The translations under genes and the position numbers were made by a program. Shown here one piece after another: positions 26,787 through 37,270 of a DNA stretch of 64,000 nt. The DNA lies in assembly GCA_963767925.1 (NCBI GenBank), contig CAVYGB010000008.1, positions 2,400,001 to 2,464,000 on the forward strand, given 5' to 3'. Origin of the DNA: an uncultured delta proteobacterium. Lineage in GTDB: Bacteria; Myxococcota_A; Polyangia; Fen-1088. Every line of letters starts with the position of its first letter. The stretch's first letter is position 1. A model generated the notes under the pieces. That model worked only from the letters and a program-made list of their open reading frames with translations. It was not told the origin of the DNA and did not search any database.

Positions 26787-28007
26787 TCACCCCGCCGCGC
26801 GCAGGCAGTCCACAACCGTGAGCCGGCTGGCCTTGCGCGCCGGCAGCAGCCCGAAGAACACGCCGATCAGGGCCGAGGCGCACACCGCCCCCACCATGGC
26901 CTCGACCGAGAGGACCGGCACCCAGGTCTCCTCGCCCCGGCGGATGATGCGGCCGATGACCTCGGCGGCCAGCCAGCCCCCCGCCACCCCCACCAGCCCG
27001 CCCAGCGCCGAGAGCAGCGCCGACTCGAACAGGAACTGGGCGCCGATGGCCACGTCGGAGGCGCCGATGGCCTTGCGCAGGCCGATCTCGCGGATCCGCT
27101 CGCTCACCGAGACCAGCAGGATGTTCATGACCCCCACCCCGCCCACCAGCAGGGCGATGCTGGCGATGAAGGCCACGATGATCTGCATGATGCGGAACAC
27201 GGCGTAGAACTTCTCGGTCATGGCGCCCACGTCGAAGACCTGGAAGTCGTCGACCCCCCGGTGGCGGTCGCTGAGCAGGGCGAAGGCGACCCGCTTGGCC
27301 ATCTCGTTGTATTCGGTCCCGTCGGTCACGACGATGAGGGCGCCCTGGTCGCCGTCGTTGCGCAGGGTGATGGGGACCAGCACGAAGTCGTTCCAGTCGA
27401 AGCCGAACCCGATCCCGAAGCGCTTGACCTGGCTGACCACGCCGATGACCCGATAGCTCTCGACGCCGACCCGGACCACCCGGCCCAGGGCGGCCTCCGC
27501 CGAGGCGAACAGGTTCTGGGCCACCCCGTGCCCCAGCAGGGCCACCTTGCGCCGCCCCTCGATGTCGTCCTGGTCCAGGTTGCGCCCGGCCGCCAGCTTC
27601 ATGGTGAAGGCGTCGATAAAGTCCCGGTTGGCCGCCACCAGGTCGGCGCTCTTGGGCTCGCTGCCCCCCAGGCGCACGTCCCGCTGTCCCAGCTCGCTGT
27701 GCATCTCGAAGTAGCGGGCGCCCGGGACCCGACCCCGCAGCGCCTCCGCGTCCTCCGGGATGAGCCCCCGGAAGTAGCTGGCCCGCTTGCGCTCGGCGCG
27801 CTCGGGGGCCTTGGGGAAGAAGATGACCATGCGCGCGCCACCCACGTCCTCGATCCCCCGGGAGATGGTGGAGATGCCCGACTTGGCCAGCGAGGACATC
27901 ACGACGATCGAGAAGGCCCCGATCGTGATGGACAGGACGGTCAGGGCCGAGCGGAACTTGTGCGCCCGCAGGACACCGAGCCCGATCCGCAGGAACTCGA
28001 AGAACAT
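26787..28007 (-). CDS. MacB/FtsX-type ABC transporter permease
   Basis: HKFRSALTVLSITIG, VGGVGVMNILLVSVSERIREIGLRKAIGA, PARKASRL. Confidence 0.92.
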   Translation of the reverse strand: MFFEFLRIGLGVLRAHKFRSALTVLSITIGAFSIVVMSSLAKSGISTISRGIEDVGGARMVIFFPKAPERAERKRASYFRGLIPEDAEALRGRVPGARYFEMHSELGQRDVRLGGSEPKSADLVAANRDFIDAFTMKLAAGRNLDQDDIEGRRKVALLGHGVAQNLFASAEAALGRVVRVGVESYRVIGVVSQVKRFGIGFGFDWNDFVLVPITLRNDGDQGALIVVTDGTEYNEMAKRVAFALLSDRHRGVDDFQVFDVGAMTEKFYAVFRIMQIIVAFIASIALLVGGVGVMNILLVSVSERIREIGLRKAIGASDVAIGAQFLFESALLSALGGLVGVAGGWLAAEVIGRIIRRGEETWVPVLSVEAMVGAVCASALIGVFFGLLPARKASRLTVVDCLRAAG

Positions 28008-28017
28008 GGCGGCGGCG

Positions 28018-29190
28018 TCAGAACTTGCGCTCTTCGGCGGGGGGCGGCTTGATCAGCACCCGGGCCCCTTCGCTCAGGCCGCTCTTGACCTCCAGGTCGC
28101 GATCGCTGCGGGCGCCCACCGCGATCTCCTTGCGGGTGGTGATCGGCTTGCCGTCCTTGCCGGTCTCGAGCGCGTGGACGAAGCTCTTGCCCTTCTCCAC
28201 CACGACGGCCTCGATGGGGAGCAGCAGCACCTTGGGCTTGCGGTCGACCAGGATGCGCACGTCGGCGGTCATGCCCGGCTTGATGGCGCTCAGATCCTGG
28301 CTGGCGTCGAGGGCCGCCTCGACCGGGAACACGTCGGGGGCGTGGCCCTGGTTGCCCCCCCGCGCGCTCACCGCCGCGGCCGGCGCCACCCGGGTGACCG
28401 CCCCGGTGAAGGTCTTGCCCGGCAGGGCATCGAGGGAGACCTCGGTCTTCTGACCGCGCTGGACGCGGGCCACGTCGATCTGGTTGAGGTCGATCTTCAC
28501 CAGCAGGACCGAGAGGTCGGCCAGCACGAGCAGGGCCTTGCCCTCCACCGTGGCGGTCACCCCCGGGACGACCACCTCGCCGGGCTGGATGGTCCGCTGG
28601 ATGATGGTGCCGTCGAAGGGGGCCTCGATGTCGGCGTAGCGCAGCCGATCGCGGGCGGTCTCGAGCGCCACCTCGGCCGACCGGAGGCGGGCGCGCGCCA
28701 TGGCCGTCTCGTGACGGGCCTGATCGACCTCGGCGGCGGGGGCGATCGAGCCGGCCTGGGCCTTCTCCGAGCGGACGAGCTGCAGGCGGGTGAATCCGAC
28801 TGCCTCCCGGTACTGGGAGGTCTCGGCCTCCATGCGGGCGACGTCGCGGCGGTAGTCGGTGGGGTCGATGCGCAGCAGGACCTGCCCGGTCTTGACCTTC
28901 TGCCCCTCCTCGACGCTGACCTCGGTCACCTGCCCGCCGACCTTGGACTTGATCTGGGTCTGCAGCCGCGGCTCCACCCGGCCGGTCTCGAGCACCACGA
29001 CGTCGAGGTCGGCCCGCTTGACCACGGCGGTGAGCGCCTTGTCCAGCTCGCTGGCCGCGCCCCCCCGGCCCTGTCTGAGCGCGACGATGCCGCCCACGGC
29101 AACGAGGGGAACCACCACGAGCCATATCATCAGGCGGCGCACGAGGCCCCGGCGTCGTACGACCGGGGCAACTGCCACCGCTTCCGTCAT
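28018..29190 (-). CDS. Efflux periplasmic adaptor subunit (MacA/HlyD-like)
   Basis: TM anchor, VEEGQKVKTGQVL, IEAPFDG, KPGMTA, VKSGLSEG; ATG 29190 follows GGAGG. Confidence 0.9.
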   Translation of the reverse strand: MTEAVAVAPVVRRRGLVRRLMIWLVVVPLVAVGGIVALRQGRGGAASELDKALTAVVKRADLDVVVLETGRVEPRLQTQIKSKVGGQVTEVSVEEGQKVKTGQVLLRIDPTDYRRDVARMEAETSQYREAVGFTRLQLVRSEKAQAGSIAPAAEVDQARHETAMARARLRSAEVALETARDRLRYADIEAPFDGTIIQRTIQPGEVVVPGVTATVEGKALLVLADLSVLLVKIDLNQIDVARVQRGQKTEVSLDALPGKTFTGAVTRVAPAAAVSARGGNQGHAPDVFPVEAALDASQDLSAIKPGMTADVRILVDRKPKVLLLPIEAVVVEKGKSFVHALETGKDGKPITTRKEIAVGARSDRDLEVKSGLSEGARVLIKPPPAEERKF

Positions 29191-29193
29191 CTG

Positions 29194-29228
29194 TGCCTCC
29201 ACGAGCGGGCTTGCCTCCACGAGCGGGC
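29194..29228. repeat. 17-bp direct repeat, two copies, containing the RBS of the adaptor gene
   Basis: TGCCTCCACGAGCGGGC at 29194-29210 and 29212-29228. Confidence 0.85.
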
Positions 29229-29378
29229 GACGAGCTTACCAGGCGCGACCGCGGCGCGCCGCGGGAGCCCATCGATTGTCGAGCATTGCGTGATCGAGAA
29301 CACCGGTGCCGTCTGCTTCCATTCCCGCGGGAACCTTCCGGCCGACGCGACGTGGTAGACCGCGCCGGGGTTCCCGAC

Positions 29379-30275
29379 ATGCAACAACCAACGAAGCAGC
29401 CCCCTCGACATGACACCGCTCGCGGCGGCCGCCTCGCGATTTCGGCGACGGTCGCCGCCTTCCACCGGAGCTTCGCCGCGCTGGGATCCCCCCGGCGAGC
29501 GGCTGGGGAAAAGTCCTACCTCAAGAGCGCCCTCCACTTTCACGGGGTCACCGTCCCCCAGGTGCGGCAGGCCGCGGCCGCCTTCTGCAAGCGCCATCCG
29601 GCCCTCACCCGGGCGCAACTCCGGGCGCTCGCCGGCGCGCTCCTGGCGACCGACTACCACGACGTCCGCAGCCTCGGCATCGCGGTGCTGGAGCGGAGGC
29701 ACAACCTCCTGCTGCCCGGCGATTTGCCCTGGCTCGTCGAGGGCGTCCGATCGACGGCGAACTGGGCCCACGTCGACTGGCTGGCGACGAAGGTCGTCGG
29801 TCCCCTGGTGGCCGCGCTACCAGCGGCCCGGCGAGCCGCCGTCCTCACCCGCTGGGCCCGCGACGAGCACCTTTGGGTCCGGCGAACCGCGCTGCTGGCC
29901 CAGCTCGACACGCTTCGGGCCGGGGGCGGAGACTTCCCCCTCTTCGCCCGCCTGGCGGCGCCCCTCCTGCCGGAGAAGGAGTTCTTCATCCGCAAGGCCA
30001 TCGGCTGGATCTTGCGGGACGTGTCCCGGCGGCGGCCCGAGCTGACCTTCGCCTTCCTCACCCGCCACCGGGCGGCGCTCTCCGGCCTGACACTGCGCGA
30101 GGGCTCGCGCCACCTGCCGGCCAGCCTGCGCGCCGCCCTCGCCCCTTCCTCGCCAGGCCGGGCCCCCGCCCCGCCCCGGTCCCGGGCGGCCGGCACGCCG
30201 CTCAGGGAACGTCGACGTACGCCCGCGCCGCCCGCACCGAAACCAGCTTCCGCTCGGGCAACACGAGCCCGCTGA
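29379..30275 (+). CDS. DNA alkylation repair protein (AlkD-like)
   Basis: YLKS...GVTVPQVR, NWAHVD, WARDEHLWVRR, EFFIRKAIGWILRD, LSGLTLREG. Confidence 0.88.
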   Translation: MQQPTKQPPRHDTARGGRLAISATVAAFHRSFAALGSPRRAAGEKSYLKSALHFHGVTVPQVRQAAAAFCKRHPALTRAQLRALAGALLATDYHDVRSLGIAVLERRHNLLLPGDLPWLVEGVRSTANWAHVDWLATKVVGPLVAALPAARRAAVLTRWARDEHLWVRRTALLAQLDTLRAGGGDFPLFARLAAPLLPEKEFFIRKAIGWILRDVSRRRPELTFAFLTRHRAALSGLTLREGSRHLPASLRAALAPSSPGRAPAPPRSRAAGTPLRERRRTPAPPAPKPASARATRAR

Positions 30276-30888
30276 GCAACCCGCCGTAGACGCAGCCGGT
30301 GTCGAGCCCGGTGGCGTAGGCGTACTCCTGCAGCCCGCGAACGGCGTCGTGACCGAACACGATGCGCTCGGGCCCGCGCCACTGCGACGCCCAGGGCATC
30401 CCCTTGCCCTTCTTCGTCGGCTCGCCCTCCCGGGTGATGCTCCTCAAGGTGAGCAGGTGCTCGCGGTCCTGCTGCTCGAGCGGCACGCCGGGGACGACGC
30501 CGGCGTGCACGACCGCCGTGTCGGGACCACCCGCGCGCTCGGGCCCCAGCCGGAGCAACACGGGCAAGGCCTCGAGGAAGGCCCAGTCCGGCTCGGTGAG
30601 TGTGTCGAGCACCTGCTGGTGCTCGGGGCGGGCCCTGCGCCCGTCGTCCGCCGCCCGGCCGAGCGCCACCTCCCGCAGGCGCAACACGTGGGCGTCGTGG
30701 TTGCCCATCACGGCCAGGGCCCCGCGCTCCCGGGCGAAGGCGAGCACCCCCTGGCTGTCGGGCCCCTTGGCCACGAGGTCGCCGACGAGGACCAGGCGGT
30801 CGCCCGCCTGGAAGCCGGCCTTGGCCACGAGCTGCTTCAGCTCGTCGGCGCAGCCGTGGATATCACCGATGACGATGGTCCGCTGCAT
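30202..30888 (-). CDS. Metallophosphoesterase, ApaH/PrpE-like
   Basis: IGDIHGC, GDLVAKGP, GNHD, VHAG, FGHD, LDTGCVYGG. Confidence 0.9.
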   Translation of the reverse strand: MQRTIVIGDIHGCADELKQLVAKAGFQAGDRLVLVGDLVAKGPDSQGVLAFARERGALAVMGNHDAHVLRLREVALGRAADDGRRARPEHQQVLDTLTEPDWAFLEALPVLLRLGPERAGGPDTAVVHAGVVPGVPLEQQDREHLLTLRSITREGEPTKKGKGMPWASQWRGPERIVFGHDAVRGLQEYAYATGLDTGCVYGGLLSGLVLPERKLVSVRAARAYVDVP

Positions 30889-30964
30889 CCCAGGCGATCA
30901 AGTGTATCCGAGGGACGGACGAACGGCTTGTCCGACGCCGGCCGGCAGTCGTAGGCTGCGGGCC

Positions 30965-31798
30965 ATGCCACGCATCGATGCCCACCAGCACTTCTGGCGT
31001 TACAGCCCCCAGACCCACGGCTGGATCGGGGATCACATGGCGGTCCTGAAGCGGGACTACCTGCCGCCCGACCTCGAGCCCCTCCTGCGGGCCAAGGGCT
31101 ACGACGGCTGCGTGGCGGTCCAGGCGCAGCAGACGGTGGACGAGACCACCTGGCTGCTCGATCTGGCCGATCAGTTCCCCTTCATCCGGGGGGTGGTGGG
31201 CTGGGTCGATCTGCGCGCCCCCGACGTGGCGGCGGTGCTGGCCGGGCTCGCCGGGCGAAAGAAGCTGAAAGGCATCCGGCACATCGTGCAGGGCGAGCCC
31301 GACCCGCGCTTCATGCTGGGGACCGAGTTTCAGCGGGGCATCGCCGCCCTGGCGGCCCACGGCCTGGCCTACGACATCCTCGTGTTCCCCAAGCAGCTCC
31401 CGGCGGCCATCGAGCTGGCCGAGCGCTTCCCCCGGCAACCCTTCGTGCTCGACCACATCGCCAAGCCCGACATGAAGGGGGGGGCCCGCGAGCCCTGGGC
31501 CACCCAGGTCCGCCGCCTGGCCGCCCACCCGAACGTCTTCTGCAAGCTGTCGGGGCTCGTCACCGAGGCCGACTGGGCCCGCTGGACGCCCGACGACATC
31601 GCCCCTTACCTCGACGTGATCAGCGAGGCCTTCGGCCCCGAGCGGCTCATGATCGGCTCGGACTGGCCGGTCTGCACCCTGGCCGGCGACTACAGCCGGG
31701 TGATGACGCTGGTCGAGGGCTACCTGGCACGGCTTCCGGCCGGATCGGCGGAAGCCGTGCTGGGCAGCACCGCGAGCCGGTTTTACCGGCTCGGCTAG
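30965..31798 (+). CDS. Amidohydrolase family, L-fucono-1,5-lactonase-like
   Basis: IDAHQHFW, VAVQA, GVVGWVDL, GIRH, LDHIAKP, CKLSGL, FGPERLMIGSDWPV; adjacent to fucP. Confidence 0.85.
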   Translation: MPRIDAHQHFWRYSPQTHGWIGDHMAVLKRDYLPPDLEPLLRAKGYDGCVAVQAQQTVDETTWLLDLADQFPFIRGVVGWVDLRAPDVAAVLAGLAGRKKLKGIRHIVQGEPDPRFMLGTEFQRGIAALAAHGLAYDILVFPKQLPAAIELAERFPRQPFVLDHIAKPDMKGGAREPWATQVRRLAAHPNVFCKLSGLVTEADWARWTPDDIAPYLDVISEAFGPERLMIGSDWPVCTLAGDYSRVMTLVEGYLARLPAGSAEAVLGSTASRFYRLG

Positions 31799-33159
31799 GT
31801 CGTCCGGCTGGTCCGCTCCAGCCGCTCCCAGGAGAGCGCGTACCAGAGCACCACGCAGAAGCAGACCATCGGCACGACGAACCCGGCCGCCATGTTGATG
31901 CGACCGGAGATGAGCCCGTTGAGGAAGGGGAAGACGCCCCCGCCCGCGATGGCCATGACGATGAACGAGGAGGCCTTCTTGGTCTGCTCGCCGAGGCCGT
32001 GGATGCCGAGCGAGAAGATGGTCGGGAACATGATCGACATGAAGAAGAAGCTCAGGAAGAGCGCCCCCACCGAGACCCATCCCAGCCGCAGCACCATCAG
32101 CCCCATCAACACGGCGTTGAGGAAGGCGTAGAGCGCCAGCGTGCGCTGGGCGCCGAAGGTGCGGACCACCATGGTGCCGCACAGCCGGCCCACGAAGAAC
32201 AGCCCCAGGCCGCCCAGCCCGAAGAAGCGCGAGGCCCCCCGGTCGCTGACGAACCAGAGGCCCTCCTTCTCGAAGGTCCAGCCGTCGGGAAACAGGCCCG
32301 CCATGCCGGCGCTCATCGGCGGCGCCTCGGCCACCAGGTAGTTGATGAACAGCGACCAGACCGCGATCTGGGCCCCGACGTAGAAGAACTGGGCCACCAC
32401 CGCGAACACCAGGTGCCGGCGGCGCCAGAGCGAGCCTCCGGCGGCGGCCACCGACGCGGTCGGCTCCTTGACCTCGGGGACCTTGGAGAAGGCGAAGATG
32501 ATGGCCAGCACCGTCACGACCCCGCCGATCAGGAAATACGGGAGGTAGAGGTTCTCGATGCTCGTGTCGGCCACCCCGGTGGCGGAGAGCAGGAAGCCGC
32601 CGCCCACGATGGGGCCCAGCACCACCCCGAAGCCGTTGGCGCTCTGGGCGAGGTTGATCCGGGTGTGGGCCGCCTGGGGCGGTCCCAGCACGGTCGTGTA
32701 GGGGTTGGCGACCGTCTCGAGACAGGCCAGGCCGCAGGCGATCACGAACAGCCCCAGCAGGAAGGCGGGATAGGTCGCCAGGTGGGTGGCCGGGTAGAAC
32801 CAGAAGGACCCCAGCGCCACCAGGCTGAGCCCGATGATGATGCCCCCCTTGTAGCCGAAGCGGCGGGTCAACATGCCGGCCGGGATGGCCATGATCCCGT
32901 ACCCGATGAAGGTGACGAACTGGACCAGGGTCGACCAGGCGATGCTCACCTGCAGGGCATCCTGGAACTTCTTGTTGAGCACCTCGAGCTGGCCGTTACA
33001 AAAGCCCCAGAGGGCGAACAGGGTGCTGACCAGCACGAAGGTGAACAGGTGGTTGCGGCCGTCCGCGGTGCGGAACATGTCCGAGAAGCGGACCTTGGCC
33101 TTGGGGGCGTCGGCCGCCTCGGCGGCGGAGGCATCGGCGGGCATCGAGATAGAGGGCAT
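31795..33159 (-). CDS. fucP: L-fucose:H+ symporter (FHS family MFS)
   Basis: LFALWGF, GYKGGIIIGL, GLACLETVANPY, RINLAQS.NG, AQFFYVGAQ, FMSIMFPTIF. Confidence 0.88.
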   Translation of the reverse strand: MPSISMPADASAAEAADAPKAKVRFSDMFRTADGRNHLFTFVLVSTLFALWGFCNGQLEVLNKKFQDALQVSIAWSTLVQFVTFIGYGIMAIPAGMLTRRFGYKGGIIIGLSLVALGSFWFYPATHLATYPAFLLGLFVIACGLACLETVANPYTTVLGPPQAAHTRINLAQSANGFGVVLGPIVGGGFLLSATGVADTSIENLYLPYFLIGGVVTVLAIIFAFSKVPEVKEPTASVAAAGGSLWRRRHLVFAVVAQFFYVGAQIAVWSLFINYLVAEAPPMSAGMAGLFPDGWTFEKEGLWFVSDRGASRFFGLGGLGLFFVGRLCGTMVVRTFGAQRTLALYAFLNAVLMGLMVLRLGWVSVGALFLSFFFMSIMFPTIFSLGIHGLGEQTKKASSFIVMAIAGGGVFPFLNGLISGRINMAAGFVVPMVCFCVVLWYALSWERLERTSRTT

Positions 33160-33176
33160 CGTTTCCTCCTTGGTTG

Positions 33177-33965
33177 TCAGGATCGGCGCGTCTTCCGCCC
33201 GTACGCCAGCTCCGCCCCGCCACTCAGGATGTGATCGACTCCGGTGGTGAAGGTCGCCTCGGCGGCGAGGAAGAGACACAGGCGCCCGGCCTCGTCGATG
33301 GTCCCCATGCGACCGAGCAGCTGGGCGGCCTCGCCGTCGGCGCGGACGCGGGCCGGATCGGAGGAGGCGTCGATCGCCTCTTGCCACAGGGGGGTGTAGA
33401 TGTTTCCCGGGGAGACCGAGTTGACCCGCACCTCGTAGGCGGCCTCGTCGACGGCCAGGGCCTTCGAGAAGGCGGTGATGCCGCCCTTGCTGGCCACGTA
33501 GGTCGTGGCCTGGAGCTGGCCCATGATGCCGACCAGGCTCGACATGTTGATGATGTTGCCCTTGACCTTGCGCAGGTGGGGCAAGGCGAACTTGCAGGCC
33601 GCGAACATGCTGACCAGGTTGAGGTCGAGCAGGGAGCGGAAGTCCTCGATCGAGAAGTCGTCGATCGGCTTGTGGGGAGGGTGCCAGCCGGCGTTGTTGA
33701 TCAGACAGTCGAGGCGGCCGAACTTGCCGAGCGTGAAGTCGACCACCCGCTTGACGTCGTCGACCTTGGCCACGTCGGCGCGCACGAACACGGCCGAGCC
33801 GGGTCCCTTGCGGTTGACCTCGGCCTCGAACGCCTTCCCCTCCGCTTCGTTGCGCGAGCAGAAAACGACCTTGCCGCCCCCCTCCTCAACGAACACGCGG
33901 ACGCAACCGGCGCCGATGCCTTTGCTCCCGCCGGTGACAATCGTGACCTTGTCCCTATAGCGCAT
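33177..33965 (-). CDS. SDR oxidoreductase, HSD17B14-like; probable L-fucose dehydrogenase
   Basis: TGGSKGIG, GRLDCLINNAGWHPP, SSLVG, YVASKG, VSPGNIYTPLW, GGAELAYG; directly upstream of fucP. Confidence 0.8.
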   Translation of the reverse strand: MRYRDKVTIVTGGSKGIGAGCVRVFVEEGGGKVVFCSRNEAEGKAFEAEVNRKGPGSAVFVRADVAKVDDVKRVVDFTLGKFGRLDCLINNAGWHPPHKPIDDFSIEDFRSLLDLNLVSMFAACKFALPHLRKVKGNIINMSSLVGIMGQLQATTYVASKGGITAFSKALAVDEAAYEVRVNSVSPGNIYTPLWQEAIDASSDPARVRADGEAAQLLGRMGTIDEAGRLCLFLAAEATFTTGVDHILSGGAELAYGRKTRRS

Positions 33966-34064
33966 CGAGTCTCCTCTCCATCCAGGGGCGGACTGGGGGC
34001 GCATAATAGGACGCCCTCCCGGAGAGGGATAGCTTTTGGAAGCGAAACCGCAGCGACGGCGCGG

Positions 34065-35567
34065 TCAGCCGGAGGCGGCGCTGGCCGCGAAGGGGTGCTT
34101 GCGGCGGCGCTGGTATGCCTCGAGGTACAGGTTCTCGTACTCCGCCGCGGCACGTTCCCAGGAGAAGTCCTGCTCCATCGCCCGCCGGCGCATCTGCGCG
34201 ATGTGCTGCGGACGATCGTGGAAGGTCGACAGGGCCCAGCCCACGGTGTTGGCCAGCGAGTCGGGGTTCAGGTCCCCGAAGACGAAACCGGTACCACCGC
34301 CGGTCTGCTCGTCGTAGGTCATGCACGGTGTCGGCCAGCCCGCCGGTGGCGCGCACGATCGGCAGGGTCCCGTAACGCAGGCTGTACATCTGGTTGAGGC
34401 CACAGGGCTCGAAGCGCGACGGCATCAGGAAGAAGTCGGCGCCCGCCTCGATCCGGTGCGAGAGGCCGTCGTCGAACCCGATGAACGAGCGCAGCTTGTC
34501 GCCGCGACGCGCGGTCATGCTGGTGAAGAAGCGCTCCGCCTCGGGATCGCCCGAGCCGAGCACGACGATCTGCAGATCCCAGGCGAGCAGGCGCTCGAGG
34601 CTGAAGGCCAGGATGTCGAGCCCCTTCTGCGGGGTCAGCCGGCTGATCACGCCGAACAGCGGGACGTCGGGCCGCTCGGGCAGGCCCATCTCCCGCTGGA
34701 GCGCGGCCTTGCAGAGCTGCCTTGCTGGCCAGGGTCGTCGTCGATCGAAGCGCGCCGGCAGGATAGGGATCGCGCGCCGGGATTCCAGGTCGTCGGTGTC
34801 GATCCCGTTGAGGATCCCGCGCAGGTCGGCGCTGCGCGCGGACAGCACGCCGTCGAGGCCGAAGCCGAACTCCGAGGTCTGGATCTCCCGGGCGTAGGTC
34901 GGGCTCACCGTCGACAGCATCGAGCTGTGGACGAGGGCGGCCTTGAGCGGGATTGAAGTCGCCGAAGTGCTCGAACTCGGAGGGGTTGAAGTGCTCCCAG
35001 CCGAGGCCGGTGATGAAGTGCGCGCCCGCCGCCCTGGTTGCCCTGGTAGGCCAGGTTGTGCATGGTGAACACGCTGGCCGTCGCCGTGCAGCGGCTTGCC
35101 CCACTCGACCGTGTTCAGGTAGACGGGCAGCAGGGCGGTCTGCCAGTCGTTGGCGTGGGCGATGTCGGGCACCCAGCCCAGGGCCTTGGTCAGCTCGAGC
35201 GAGGCCCGGGACAGGAACACGAAGCGCTCGAGGTTGTCGCTGTAGGCCTGGCCGGGAGGACCGTAGACGAAGGGGCGATCGTAAGTACTGGTGGTGCTCG
35301 AGCAGGTAGACCGGCACGTCGCTGCCGGGCAAGGTGGCCAGCCGCACCCCGCGCCCGAGCGTTCCCGAAATACATCGGCACGTCCAGGACACCGTCGAGC
35401 CGTTCGAGGTCGTCCCAGCGCATGCCCTGGTAGAGCGGCATCACCACGCGCACGTCGATGCCCCGGCGGGCGAGGGCCTTGGGCAGGGCCCCGGCCACGT
35501 CGGCCAGCCCGCCGGTCTTGCGAAAGGGCGCGACCTCCGACGAGACGAAGAGGACTTTGAGTGGCAT
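34065..35567 (-). CDS. glgA: Glycogen synthase (GT5), many frameshifts
   Basis: [60 protein letters not shown]. Confidence 0.95.
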
Positions 35568-35636
35568 GGCGCTGACCTGGCCGGGCGAGTGGCCGAGCAC
35601 CTTATCAGCCCGACGGGCGACCGAAGGCACGGTTTT

Positions 35637-37260
35637 TCAGCCGGATGCCGGGCGCCCGACTTCACGATCGCGTAGATGCGGTAGTCGACGTCGGGGAAGA
35701 TGTTGTCGGTGGCCTCGAGGCGCGCGAGCTGGGCCTCGTCGATGGTGTCGGCCCCGCGGCCACCTCGCTCGGCCAGCCGGTTGAAGCGGACCACGTGCTC
35801 GTTGAAGCGGCGGGTGGCGTAGGGGACGGTGGTCCCGGTCGACATGATGAAGGTCCAGTCGGAGGCCTGGGCCAGCATCAGCTCGCGCGCGGCCTGCTTG
35901 AGGGCCCGCACCACGATCGGGCCGCGAGTCGCCCCGATGCTGCTGGGCCAGCTCGACCATCCGCTCGGCGGCGGCGTGCAGGTGGCGGTAGGTCCAGGCG
36001 TTGGTCTCGTTGAGCCACTGCTCGTTGTAGCCCTTGAGCCCCCAGGAGGAGGCGGCCGGCGTGGCCCGCTGGTTGGTGGGGTGCCGGGCCAGGTAGTCGC
36101 CCGGCGTGATCGGCTCGAGGACCGACTGGTCGTAGTGGAGCTGGCGATACAGGTCGGAGAGGAAGGTCGGACCCTCGTACCACCAGTGGCCGAACAGCTC
36201 GGCGTCGTAGGGGCTGATGATGATGGGCGGGCGGTCCATGCCCCCGCGCAGGCGCTCGGCCTGCTTCTCCATGTTGCCCGCGGAAGTGCGAGGCGTGCAG
36301 GCCGGCCCGTGCCGCGGGCGGCGTCGGGCTCGTAGACCCACTTGTCGTGCAGCTTGTCGTGGGTGATGGCCTGGTACTTGAACCCGGTGTACATCCGGTG
36401 CCCCTCCGGATGCACGTGCGGGCCGATGTAGTCGAGCGGCAGATCGAAGCCGATGTCCCGGTAAAAATCCCGGTATTGCGGGTCGCCGGGGTAGCCGTGT
36501 CTTGGCGCTCCAGACCTGCTCCGACGACTCGGAGTCGCGGCCGAAGGCCGCCACGCCGGTCGGACAGTAGAGGGGCGCGTAGACGCCGAAGGCCGGGCGG
36601 CGATCGGCGATAGAGGATGGCGTGGGTGTCGACGAGGAAGTAGCGGACGGCCGCCTCGCGCAGCAGCTCGTCGACCCCGGGGACGTAGCCGCACTCGCCC
36701 AGCCACATGCCCAGCGAGGCGTGCCCGAAGTGCTTCTGGTAGAGGGTCGCCGCCGTCTGGACCTGGGCCCGCATGGCCGCCCAGTTGCGGTCCATGAGGG
36801 GGAAGAAGGGATGGGTGGCGGTCGAGGTGATGACCTCCAGGTAGCCGGCGTCCTGCAGCTTGCGGAAGGCCCCCACCAGGTCGCCGTCGTGGCAGCGCCA
36901 GGTGTGGCGCAGGCTGGCGAAGCGGTCCCGGTACATGTGGGCCAGCCGCTGGTAGTGCGGCTCGTGCCGGGTCCGCTCGATCTCCTTTTCGCCGAGCTCG
37001 ATCAGCGAATCGATGTGCTCGGCCGCGCGCAGCTTCAGCAGGTCGTCGGTCAACATCGTGATGAGCGGCGCCGACAGCGAGAGCGTGCAGCGGAAGGGCA
37101 CCCCGTCGGCGGCCAGACCCTCGAAGGTCTGCAGCAGCGGCAGGTAGGTGCCGACGATGGCCTCCTGGAGCCACCGCTCTTCCATGACGGTGGGATCTTC
37201 GGGGTGCCGCACGAACGGCAGGTGGGCGTGAAGGATCAGGGAAAAATATCCGGTCGCCAT
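35637..37260 (-). CDS. GH57 family 1,4-alpha-glucan branching enzyme (DUF1957 C-terminus), frameshifted
   Basis: LHAHLPFV, YLPLL, ATHPFFP, WLGECGY, YRDFYRD, YDAELFGHWWYEG, ARELMLAQASDW. Confidence 0.92.
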
Positions 37261-37270
37261 GCCACCCTCC

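Noticed and set aside
30202..30275. 74-nt convergent overlap of the AlkD-like and phosphoesterase genes
   Set aside because: The overlapping AlkD tail is low-complexity; delayed stops are common at this GC content
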